From assembly GCA_947085095.1 (NCBI GenBank), contig CAMTVD010000022.1, positions 49,237 through 113,236 on the forward strand: DNA of 64,000 nucleotides, read 5' to 3'. The notes beneath the pieces were generated by a model, which saw nothing but the letters and a program-made list of their open reading frames with translations, was not told the DNA's origin and ran no database searches. The stretch comes from an uncultured Thermus sp. Its GTDB lineage: Bacteria > Deinococcota > Deinococci > Deinococcales > Thermaceae. Positions 9,956 through 18,295 of the stretch are shown piece after piece; within the stretch, counting starts at the first letter, position 1, and each line of letters starts with the position of its first letter. The position numbers and the translations under genes are program-made.

Positions 9956-9997
9956 GTTCAGACTTGACAGAACAAATGGAACACTTAAAATGAGGAC
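9956..9997 (+). promoter_or_regulatory. Sigma-A promoter (TTGACA-16-TAAAAT) overlapped by an imperfect palindrome, probable MarR operator
   Basis: TTGACA 9964-9969, TAAAAT 9986-9991, GTG start 6 nt later; GTTCAGACTTGACAGAAC (9956-9973) has GTTC/GAAC ends. Confidence 0.65.
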
Positions 9998-10441
9998 GTG
10001 GGCTCTCCCTTGAAGGCCTGGGTAGAGGAGACCGCCCTCCTCTTTGAGGGGGTGGGCCTTCCCCGGATGGCGGGCCGGGTGCTGGCCTGGCTCCTGGTGG
10101 CCGACCCGCCGGAGCAGACCCTTCGGGAGATGGGGGAGGCGCTGGGGGTCAGCAAGGGCGCTCTGAGCCCGGCCCTGCACCTCCTCCTCCGCCTGGGCCT
10201 GGTGGAACGGGTCCGCAGGTCCGGGGAGCGCTCCGACCGGTATTTGGTGCGGCCCGGGGCTTGGAAAAGGCTCCTCATGGAGAAGGCCAGGGCCATGGGC
10301 CTCTACCGGGAGGCGGCGGAAAAGGGGCTCGCCCTTCTCCCTCCGGAAAAGGGGGAGCGGCTAAGGGAGATGCACCGCCTCTACGCCTTTTTTGAGAAGG
10401 CCCTTCCCGAGCTTTTGCGGCGCTACGAGGAGGAAGTATGA
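9998..10441 (+). CDS. MarR/GbsR-family transcriptional regulator
   Basis: GLPRMAGRVLAWLL...TLREMGEALGVSKGALS...GLVERV...GERSDRY winged-HTH pattern. Confidence 0.88.
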   Translation: MGSPLKAWVEETALLFEGVGLPRMAGRVLAWLLVADPPEQTLREMGEALGVSKGALSPALHLLLRLGLVERVRRSGERSDRYLVRPGAWKRLLMEKARAMGLYREAAEKGLALLPPEKGERLREMHRLYAFFEKALPELLRRYEEEV

Positions 10442-11622
10442 CCCTCTTGCGTCTCGCTTGGCGGAACGTGCTGCGCCAGAGACGGCGCACCGCCTTGCTC
10501 TCCTTGGTGGTGATTTACGTCACTGTGGCTATCCTCTTCATGCTGGGTTTTCTGGACGGCTACGGGGAGAGCCTGGTGGAAAGCTACGCCGAGTACGTGG
10601 AAGCCCCGGTGGTGGTGGCTCCTCTGGCCTGGTGGGAGGACCCTGATCCAGAAAACGGCTTTAGCGCCCTTCCCCAGGTGGACCACCCCAGGGTTCTGGC
10701 CAGGACCCCCAGGCTTTCCCTCTACGCCCTCCTCCGCTCCCCCTATAGGGCCCAGGGGGGTGTGGTCTTGGGCGTGGACCCGGAAGGCGAAAAGGCTCTC
10801 TCCCGGGTACCTTTCAAGGTGGCGGAGGGGCGCTGGCTAGCGGCTCCTGGGGAGGTGGTCTTGGGCTACCGCCTGGCCCAGCGCCTGGACCTGAAGGTGG
10901 GGGAGAGGCTGGTGGTGGAAACGGGGAAGGGGGCCTTGGGCCTCACCGTGGTGGGCCTCGTGAAGGCAGGGGTTTCCAACGTGGACTTCGCTGGCGTCTA
11001 CCTCCACCTCCAGGATGCCCAGGCCCTCACCGGGGTTTTGGCCACCCACCTGGCCTTGAAGGTGCAAAGGGGCCAGGAGGAGGCGGTGGCCCGGGAGCTG
11101 AACAAGACGCTTCGCCAGGGGCTAGAGGCCCGGGGGGTCTGGAGCCTTATGGGCCCCATCCGGGCGGACTACGAGGGAAGCCGCCTCTTCCTGCTGCCCC
11201 TCCTGGCCCTCTTCCTCCTTTTAGCGGCCTTGGCCGTGGTGAGCACCGCCTACGTGAGCGTGCGGGAGAGGCTCAAGGAGTTCGCCGTGGCCGAGAGCCT
11301 GGGCCTCACCCCGGGAAAGCTTGCGCTCCAGGTGGCCCTCGAGGCCGCCATAGCCAGCGGCCTCGGTTTCCTCCTGGGCCTCCTCTTGGGCTACGCCCTC
11401 CTCCTGTACACCGCCACTCACGACGTCTTCGGTCCCCTCATGCGCCTTTCCGTGGAGCTCCTCCCCGAGGCGGGCCTGGCCGAGCACCTGTACACCTCGG
11501 TGCGGCCAAGTTACGCCTTCTTCGCCGCCTTGGTGGTGCTCCTCTCTGCCCTCCTGGCCTTCCTTTTCCCCGGGCGGCTCCTGCTCAGGTTGGAGGTTTC
11601 CCGCTACCTAAAGGAGGCTTGA
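10438..11622 (+). CDS. FtsX/MacB/LolE-like ABC permease
   Basis: LAWRNVLRQRRRT, GRWL...GEVVLG, SVRERLKEFAV, 4-TM architecture. Confidence 0.88.
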   Translation: MTLLRLAWRNVLRQRRRTALLSLVVIYVTVAILFMLGFLDGYGESLVESYAEYVEAPVVVAPLAWWEDPDPENGFSALPQVDHPRVLARTPRLSLYALLRSPYRAQGGVVLGVDPEGEKALSRVPFKVAEGRWLAAPGEVVLGYRLAQRLDLKVGERLVVETGKGALGLTVVGLVKAGVSNVDFAGVYLHLQDAQALTGVLATHLALKVQRGQEEAVARELNKTLRQGLEARGVWSLMGPIRADYEGSRLFLLPLLALFLLLAALAVVSTAYVSVRERLKEFAVAESLGLTPGKLALQVALEAAIASGLGFLLGLLLGYALLLYTATHDVFGPLMRLSVELLPEAGLAEHLYTSVRPSYAFFAALVVLLSALLAFLFPGRLLLRLEVSRYLKEA

Positions 11623-11623
11623 G

Positions 11624-12319
11624 ATGCCGAGAACCCTCTCCCTGGTCCTTTTCCTCCTAGCCCTGGCCCTGGCCCAGACCCCTTTGGATAAGCTAAAGGC
11701 CGCCCTGGACCGCCTGCGGGGCCCGGCCCACCAGGCGGTGTACCTTATCCGGGTGGAGCGGCCAGGCTCGGAGAAGGTTTACCGCCTCAAGGTCTACGCT
11801 GATGGGGAGCGGGCCCACCTCCGGGTGCTGGAGCCTAAGGCGGAGGTCGGGCAGGCCTACCTTTCCTTGGGGCAGGACCTCTACCTCTACGACCCCCGCC
11901 TGGGCCGCACCCTGCGCCTACCCCCCTCGGGGCGGGGCGAGCGCTTTCTGGGTTCGGACCTCACGTACCAGGACCTGATGGGCCGGGACCTGGAGGAGCA
12001 GTTCCAGGTGGTGGAGGAGAAGGGGGTCCTCCTCCTCACCCCAAAGCCTGGGGCCCCCACCCCCTATGGGAGGGTGGAGGTCCACCTGAGGGAGGGGCTC
12101 GTGGAGCGGGTGGTCTACTACGACCAAAGGGGCCAGGCGGTGCGGGAGCTTCTCCTCAAGGGGTACCAGCGCCTGGAGGGGGTCTACCTGCCCCGGGCCA
12201 TGGAGCTACGGGACCTCCTCCGGACGGGGTATCGGACCCTGGTGGAGGTCCTCGAGGTCCGGGTGGGCCCCGTGCCTGAGCGCTGCTTCAACCCCCTGTA
12301 CCTGGAAAGGGGGTGTTAG
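11624..12319 (+). CDS. LolA-like outer-membrane lipoprotein-sorting family protein (signal peptide)
   Basis: Signal ending ALA|Q; YLYDPRLGRTLRLPP, FLGSDLTYQDL, YYDQRG, P...FNP pattern typical of the LolA-like/DUF1329 group. Confidence 0.8.
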   Translation: MPRTLSLVLFLLALALAQTPLDKLKAALDRLRGPAHQAVYLIRVERPGSEKVYRLKVYADGERAHLRVLEPKAEVGQAYLSLGQDLYLYDPRLGRTLRLPPSGRGERFLGSDLTYQDLMGRDLEEQFQVVEEKGVLLLTPKPGAPTPYGRVEVHLREGLVERVVYYDQRGQAVRELLLKGYQRLEGVYLPRAMELRDLLRTGYRTLVEVLEVRVGPVPERCFNPLYLERGC

Positions 12320-12320
12320 G

Positions 12321-13517
12321 TTGCTCAGGATGGCCTGGCGGAACCTCTTCCGCGCCCCCGGGCGGAACCTGACCACGGGGGGCGTGGTGGCCCTGGTGGT
12401 CTTCCTCTCCTTGGTTTTCCTCTCCCTCTATGGAGGGGCCATGGACGCCTTTTTCCGGCTCCTCCTGGAGCGCACGGGCCAGCTGGTGGTGCGGGTGGAG
12501 GGGTACGGGGAAAAGGAGGACCTGGAGAGCCTGGCCTTCCTTCCCCCGGCCCTGGAGCTTCCTCCTGGGGCCTGGGCGGAGGGGGTTTTGGAGGGGGCGG
12601 CCCTCCTCATCGCCGGGGAGCGGAGCCGCCCGGTCCTCCTCACGGGCCTGGAGGCCCAGGGCTTCGCCCGACACCAGAGGTTCTTGGCGGCCGGGAGGCT
12701 TCCCGCAGCCGCTGGAGAGGCCCTTCTCGGGGAGGCCCTGGCCCGGGCCCTCCAGGTGGGCCTTGGGGAGGAGGTGGTGGCCTACGCCCCGGGGGGGATG
12801 GGTCTCGGGGTGTACGCCTTCCGGGTGGTGGGGCTTTTGGACCTACCGGAGACCCTTTTGGAGGCCCGCACCCTCCTGGTGCCCCTGGAGGATGCCCAGG
12901 CCCTCCTCTTCCCCGGGCGGGTGACCCGGCTGGAGGTGCGGCTTTCCGGGGTGGGGCTTTACGAGACCGCACCCTTGGAAGCCCTGAAGGAGGAGCTCGC
13001 CTCCCGCCTCCCCGGCCTGGCGGTGGAAACCTGGCTGGAGGCCAACCCCGCCTACGCCGCCGTCCTCCCCCTTTACGACCTGGTGATGGCGGTCTACGTG
13101 GGCTTCTTCTTCCTCCTCGGGGGCCTGATCCTGCTCAACGCCCTCTACCTCTCGCTGGTGGAGCGGGTGCGGGAGTTTGGCCTCCTCCACGCCCTGGGCC
13201 TCACCGGGGGGCGGGTGGTGGGCCTGGTGCTCTGGGAGAGCCTCTTCCTGGTGGGGGCGGCGACCCTGGTGGGTCTGGGCTTGGGCCTTCTCGTCCACCT
13301 GGAGATGGCGGACGGCTTCCGCCTGCCCTTGCCGGACTGGGTTTTGGAGCAGTATCGGGAGTTTGGCCTTCCGGAGGTCCTCTATGGGCGGCTTGGGGCG
13401 AAGGAGGTCCTCCTCACCCTGGGCTACGCCTTCGGGGTAGCCCTCTTGGCGGCTCTCTGGCCCGCCTGGGTGGCCTCGAGGCTGGAGGCGGTGGAGGCCA
13501 TGCGCTACGTGCCCTGA
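12321..13517 (+). CDS. FtsX/MacB/LolC-like ABC permease
   Basis: MAWRNLFRAPGRN, AGRLP...GEALLG, SLVERVREFGLLHALG, PAWVASRLEAVEAMR. Confidence 0.9.
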   Translation: MLRMAWRNLFRAPGRNLTTGGVVALVVFLSLVFLSLYGGAMDAFFRLLLERTGQLVVRVEGYGEKEDLESLAFLPPALELPPGAWAEGVLEGAALLIAGERSRPVLLTGLEAQGFARHQRFLAAGRLPAAAGEALLGEALARALQVGLGEEVVAYAPGGMGLGVYAFRVVGLLDLPETLLEARTLLVPLEDAQALLFPGRVTRLEVRLSGVGLYETAPLEALKEELASRLPGLAVETWLEANPAYAAVLPLYDLVMAVYVGFFFLLGGLILLNALYLSLVERVREFGLLHALGLTGGRVVGLVLWESLFLVGAATLVGLGLGLLVHLEMADGFRLPLPDWVLEQYREFGLPEVLYGRLGAKEVLLTLGYAFGVALLAALWPAWVASRLEAVEAMRYVP

Positions 13518-13527
13518 AGGAGGGGGT

Positions 13528-14211
13528 ATGCCTATTCTGGAAGCCAAAGGCGTGCGCAAGGTGTACCGGGGGGATGGCGTGGAAACCGAGGCCCTCCGGG
13601 GGGTGGACCTGAAGGTGGAGGCGGGGGAGTTCGCTGCCCTGGTGGGGCCTTCGGGGAGCGGCAAGAGCACCCTCTTGCACCTCCTGGCGGGGCTGGACCT
13701 GCCCACGGAGGGGGAGGTCTGGGTGGGCGGGGTGGCCATCTCCCGGCTTTCCCGGGCTCAAAGGGCCCGCTTCCGGCTGGAGAGGATGGGCCTGGTCTTC
13801 CAGGCCTATAACCTCTTTCCCGTCCTCACCGCCCTGGAGAACGCCGCCTTCGTCCTGGAGGCCCGGGGGGTGCCCAAGGCGGAGCGGGAGCGGCGGGCGC
13901 TTGAATTCTTGGAGGTCTTGGGCCTCAAGGAAAAGGCCCACCGCTACCCCCGGCAGCTTTCCGGAGGGGAGCAGCAGCGGGTGGCCGTGGCCCGGGCCCT
14001 GGCGGCGGAGCCCCTCATCGTCCTGGCGGACGAGCCCACCGCCAACCTGGACTCCAAGACCGGCTTGGCCCTGATTGAACGCATGAAGGCCCTAAACCGG
14101 GAGCGGGGGGTCACCTTCCTCTTCTCCACCCACGACCCCCGCCTCCTGGAGCACGTGGGCCGGGTGGTGCGCCTGGAGGATGGGCGCATCGTGGGGGAGG
14201 AGTGGCGCTGA
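13528..14211 (+). CDS. LolD-like ABC ATP-binding protein
   Basis: Walker [34 protein letters not shown]. Confidence 0.93.
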   Translation: MPILEAKGVRKVYRGDGVETEALRGVDLKVEAGEFAALVGPSGSGKSTLLHLLAGLDLPTEGEVWVGGVAISRLSRAQRARFRLERMGLVFQAYNLFPVLTALENAAFVLEARGVPKAERERRALEFLEVLGLKEKAHRYPRQLSGGEQQRVAVARALAAEPLIVLADEPTANLDSKTGLALIERMKALNRERGVTFLFSTHDPRLLEHVGRVVRLEDGRIVGEEWR

Positions 14212-14978
14212 GGGCCTGGGCCTTGGCGGCCCTCCTCTCCCTGGCGGCGGCCCAGGGGTACCAGGTGGGGGGTTACGGCCTCGGGGGGACGGCCACCCTC
14301 TACCTGGGGCTTTATGGGGTCTGGCCCTGGGAAGGGGGGCGTCTCACCTTGAGCCTGGCCCCCTACCTGAGGCTTCCCGGGGGCGAGGCGGGCCTGAGCG
14401 TGGAACGCCTTTTCCTCTCCCTCTTTGAGGGGCCATGGGGCCTCGAGGTGGGCCGCTTCCCCCTGAGCCTCGGGGTGGGGCGGCTTTTTCCCTTCGCCCT
14501 AGGTGAGCCTTCCCCCGGCCTGGGGGAGGTGGGGGTGGTGGGGGGAAGCCTCACCTGGTACGGGGAGAGGGGGGCGGTGCGGGCGGGCCTCGCCTGGAAG
14601 GAGGGCGGGTTCTTGGAGGTCCGCCTGCCTCCCTTCCGGGCCTACGCCTACTCCCGGGGCCTCGGGCTTGTGGCTGAGGCCCTCTGGGAAGGGGTGGTCC
14701 TCTACGGGGAAGGGCGGCTGGCCTCCCTTCAGGCGCAGGGCCTCCTGGGGGCTGCCTGGCGCTGGGAGGAAGCCCTCTTCACCCTGGAGGCCCGTTATCC
14801 CTTTGCCCTAGGGCTCGGGGTGGAGGCAGGTCTGGAGGGGTTAGGGGTGGCGGTGCAGGCCCTTTACCAAGGGGGCTTGCGCGTAGGCCTGGGCCTTTTG
14901 GGGGAAGGGTGGCGGGGTTGGGTGGGCTCTGGGCCGGGGGGGCTGTCCTGGGGGTTTGCGGTTAGCGGAGACCGCTAG
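14202..14978 (+). CDS. Secreted protein, predicted outer-membrane beta-barrel
   Basis: Signal peptide AAA|Q; alternating hydrophobic, Gly/aromatic-rich strands; ERLFLS...LEVGRFPLSLGVG resembles a porin motif. Confidence 0.6.
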   Translation: MALRAWALAALLSLAAAQGYQVGGYGLGGTATLYLGLYGVWPWEGGRLTLSLAPYLRLPGGEAGLSVERLFLSLFEGPWGLEVGRFPLSLGVGRLFPFALGEPSPGLGEVGVVGGSLTWYGERGAVRAGLAWKEGGFLEVRLPPFRAYAYSRGLGLVAEALWEGVVLYGEGRLASLQAQGLLGAAWRWEEALFTLEARYPFALGLGVEAGLEGLGVAVQALYQGGLRVGLGLLGEGWRGWVGSGPGGLSWGFAVSGDR

Positions 14979-15005
14979 CACAAGCGGGTGATATCGTGAT
15001 ATCAA

Positions 15006-15434
15006 TCACTTACGTTTCCCGAAGGCGTAGACCAGCTCATCCCCCTTCCGAACCACCAGAAGCAAGGCGGGCCGACCCAGGCCGTCCTTGAGCACGTACT
15101 TGGTGCGGACCTCCCCATCCACCACCTTCTCCTCCTGGCTTTCCAAAAAGTACCCCGCCGCGGCGAAGGCGGTGAGGACCTGCTGGACGAAGGCGGCGTG
15201 GAGGCGGCTCGCCAGGCCCCTGGCGGCGTAGGCCTCGAGGGCGTACCCCCGGGCCTCGGGAAAGCGGGCCAGGATGGGTTCCGGGCTCCTGGCCTTGTAG
15301 CTCCCCGCGGGCAGGCGCACCGCTGGGTCCAGGCTCGAGGCCACCGCCACCACCGTGGTCACCTCCACCAGGGTCTGGGCTAGGCCTCCCCCGAGGAGGG
15401 CCAGGAAGAGGAGAACAGCCCTGAGTTGGGTCAT
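15006..15434 (-). CDS. Hypothetical secreted protein
   Basis: Signal peptide ending GLA|Q; Thermus-like codon usage; TAAGAT 6 nt before ATG. Confidence 0.7.
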   Translation of the reverse strand: MTQLRAVLLFLALLGGGLAQTLVEVTTVVAVASSLDPAVRLPAGSYKARSPEPILARFPEARGYALEAYAARGLASRLHAAFVQQVLTAFAAAGYFLESQEEKVVDGEVRTKYVLKDGLGRPALLLVVRKGDELVYAFGKRK

Positions 15435-15489
15435 GCCTTCATCTTACGTGGGCGGGCCTGGCGAAAACATGGGTTAGCATGGGAGGGGT

Positions 15490-16827
15490 ATGTACATCGT
15501 CATCGCCGGGGGCGGGGAGGTGGGGGGGGAGCTGGCCCGTACCCTGGAGAAGGCCCACGAGGTCGTGGTCATAGACCGCAACCCCCAGGCCCGGGAGCGC
15601 TTCGCTTCCTTGGATGTGAAGGTGGTGGTGGGCGGGGCCACGGACCCCGACACCCTGCGGGAGGCGGGGGTGGACCAGGCGGACCTCTTCATCGCCAGCA
15701 CCGACTCCGACGAGGTCAACCTCCTGGCCTCCCTTCTCGCCAAGGGCCTGGGGGCCAGGCAGGTCCTTTGCTTCGTGGGCAAGGGGGGGTACGTGGACGT
15801 CCTGGCCGACCCCAGGACGGCGGAGATCCTGGGCACCCGCATAGACAAGGTCCTCTGGCCCCAGCGGGCCATGGCCCGGGAGATCGTGGAGGTCATCCTG
15901 GTGCCGGAGGCGGTGGACGTGGAGTTTTTGGCCGAAGGGCGGCTCCGCTTCGTGGAGTACCGGGTGAAGGAGAGGGGGGATTACGCCCACCGCCTCCTCG
16001 CCGAGCTGGCCTGGCCTGAAGGGATTTTGGTGGTGGGGGCGGTGCGGGATGGGAACTTTTTGAGCTTTGCCCACCCGGGGTTTCCTGAGCTCGTCCTGGA
16101 ACCTGGGGATAAGCTCCTCTTCCTCACCACTGCCCGGGCCTTTCCTGAGCTGGAGGCCCACTTCGCCGTGGGGCGGGGGGTGCGCCGGGTCATGATCCTG
16201 GGCGGGGGGAATGTGGGCTTCATGGTGGCCCAGGAGCTTATTCGGCGTCGGGTGGAGGTGGTGGTCATTGAGGCCAGCCGCGCCCGGTGCGAGTGGCTCT
16301 CCCAGGAGCTCCCCGAGGCCTTGGTGATCCACGGGGACGGGACAGACATTGAGCTTCTGGAGGCCGAGGGCATTACGGAAGCGGACGCGGTAGTGGCCGT
16401 GACCGACAACGAAGAGAAGAACCTCCTGGCTTCCCTTCTGGCCAAGCAGCTGGGGGTGAGCAAGGTCATCACCCGGGTTTCCCGCTCGGAGACCCGCAGG
16501 CTCTTTGAGCAGGTGGGGATTGACCTGGCCCTGGCTCCCCGGCAGGCGGCGGTGCGCTCGGTCTTGGACTTCCTGGGGCCGGAGAACGTGGAGCACGTTT
16601 CTACTATGGACGAGAACATTGAGCTTCTGGAAGTGGAGCTATCAGAGAGCTTCCGGCCAAGGCCCCTGAAGGCGCTGGCCTTTCCCGAGATGGTCCCCGT
16701 GGCCCTGGAACGGGACCACCGGGTGATGCTCTACCGGGAGGGCCTCGAGGCCCTCCCAGGGGACCGGCTCTTCCTGGTGGCGGCCCGGGAGGTGGCGGAT
16801 GAGGCCCTGGCCAAGATCCTCCGCTAG
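15490..16827 (+). CDS. trkA: Trk potassium uptake NAD-binding subunit
   Basis: Two RCK-N Rossmann motifs (IAGGGEVG, ILGGGNVG), GDGTD, NLLASLLAK twice. Confidence 0.93.
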   Translation: MYIVIAGGGEVGGELARTLEKAHEVVVIDRNPQARERFASLDVKVVVGGATDPDTLREAGVDQADLFIASTDSDEVNLLASLLAKGLGARQVLCFVGKGGYVDVLADPRTAEILGTRIDKVLWPQRAMAREIVEVILVPEAVDVEFLAEGRLRFVEYRVKERGDYAHRLLAELAWPEGILVVGAVRDGNFLSFAHPGFPELVLEPGDKLLFLTTARAFPELEAHFAVGRGVRRVMILGGGNVGFMVAQELIRRRVEVVVIEASRARCEWLSQELPEALVIHGDGTDIELLEAEGITEADAVVAVTDNEEKNLLASLLAKQLGVSKVITRVSRSETRRLFEQVGIDLALAPRQAAVRSVLDFLGPENVEHVSTMDENIELLEVELSESFRPRPLKALAFPEMVPVALERDHRVMLYREGLEALPGDRLFLVAAREVADEALAKILR

Positions 16828-18271
16828 GCGGGGTCTGGGGGCCAGTCTCTACCTCTTGGGCCTCACCTACCAGGGGATGGGCCTCCTTCTGGCCCTCTTC
16901 GCCCTGGGGGCTTTCCTTTGGGACGAGGACCCCCGGGGCTTCGCCCTGGCGGCCCTTTTAGGGGTGGGCTTAGGCCGGCTCCTCCAAGGCCTGGGACACC
17001 CCCAGGCCCAGCCCAGAAGGGCCGAGGTCTTCGCCAGCGTGGCCCTTTTGTGGTTTTCCGTGCCCGCCCTGGGAGCTGTGCCCTACTGGATCTCTGGCGG
17101 GCTTAGCTACCTGGACGCCCTCTTTGAGGCCATGTCTGGCTTCACTACCACGGGGGCCACGGTCCTGGCGGACTTTGGCCAGTTCAGCCAAAGCCTCTTC
17201 CTCTGGCGAAGCCTCACCCAGTGGATGGGGGGCATCGGCATCGTGGTGCTCTTTTTGGTGGTCTTCCCCCAGCTTCGGGTGGCGGGCCGCCAGGCCTTCT
17301 TCGCCGAAACCACCGGAGTGGAGAAGGAAAAGCTCACTCCCAGGCTGCGGGAGACGGCCCAGGCGGTGCTGAGGGTCTACGCCCTCCTCACCCTTCTGGC
17401 CTTTTCCGCCTACGTGGCGGCGGGTATGCCCCTGTTTGAGGCCCTGGCCAACGCCCTTACCACCACGCCCGCTGGGGGGTTCAGCCCCAACCCCCAGAGC
17501 TTCGCCGCCTATGGGCCGCTGGTCCAGTGGGCGGCCGTTTTCTTCATGTTTTGGGCTGGGGTAAACCTTCTCCTCCAGTACCGCCTTTTGTTCCGCCGCG
17601 AGGCCAGGCCTCTTTTCCGGGATGCGGAGTTCCGGGCCTATCTGGGGATCGTGCTTTTGGCGGCGTCGGGGCTGGCCTTCTTTCTTTACACCCATCACGG
17701 GTACGAGCTTGAGGAAAGCCTCCGCCACGCTTTTTTCCAGACCCTGTCCCTTCTCACCGGCACCGGCTATGCCAGCGCCGACTTTGCCGCTTGGACTATT
17801 CCAGCCCAGGCCATACTAGTGGCCCTGATGTTTATTGGGGGTAGCGCGGGGTCTGCCGCTGGGAGCATCAAGATGGTGCGCTGGCTTCTCCTCTTTGGCT
17901 TCCTGCGCCGGGAGATCACCCGCACCCTCCACCCCCAGGCGGTCCTGCCCCTGCGGCTTGGCGGGCGGGTGGTGGGGGAGGAGGCCCTGAGGCAGGTTTC
18001 CGTTTTCGTCTTCCTTTACACCCTCTTGTTCGGCGTGGGAGCAGTGATCATCGCCCTGCTGGAAAAGGACTTCGTGGTGGCCTTCACCGCCAGTGCCCAG
18101 GCCATCGGCAACATCGGTCCTGGGCTTGGCGAGGTGGGGCCCTTTGGTTCCTACGCTGGGCTTCATCCCCTTTCCAAGGTGGTCCTCATCTTCCAGATGT
18201 GGGCGGGCCGGATAGAGATCCTCCCCGTGGTCCTCCTCTTCAGCCCCGAGCTTTGGCGTAGGCTCAGGTGA
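16799..18271 (+). CDS. trkH: Trk potassium uptake membrane subunit
   Basis: FEAMSGFTTTGAT, QWMGGIGI, GNIGPGLG, MWAGRIEI. Confidence 0.93.
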   Translation: MRPWPRSSARRGLGASLYLLGLTYQGMGLLLALFALGAFLWDEDPRGFALAALLGVGLGRLLQGLGHPQAQPRRAEVFASVALLWFSVPALGAVPYWISGGLSYLDALFEAMSGFTTTGATVLADFGQFSQSLFLWRSLTQWMGGIGIVVLFLVVFPQLRVAGRQAFFAETTGVEKEKLTPRLRETAQAVLRVYALLTLLAFSAYVAAGMPLFEALANALTTTPAGGFSPNPQSFAAYGPLVQWAAVFFMFWAGVNLLLQYRLLFRREARPLFRDAEFRAYLGIVLLAASGLAFFLYTHHGYELEESLRHAFFQTLSLLTGTGYASADFAAWTIPAQAILVALMFIGGSAGSAAGSIKMVRWLLLFGFLRREITRTLHPQAVLPLRLGGRVVGEEALRQVSVFVFLYTLLFGVGAVIIALLEKDFVVAFTASAQAIGNIGPGLGEVGPFGSYAGLHPLSKVVLIFQMWAGRIEILPVVLLFSPELWRRLR

Positions 18272-18295
18272 GGGGCAGGCGTATAATCCTTTCTT

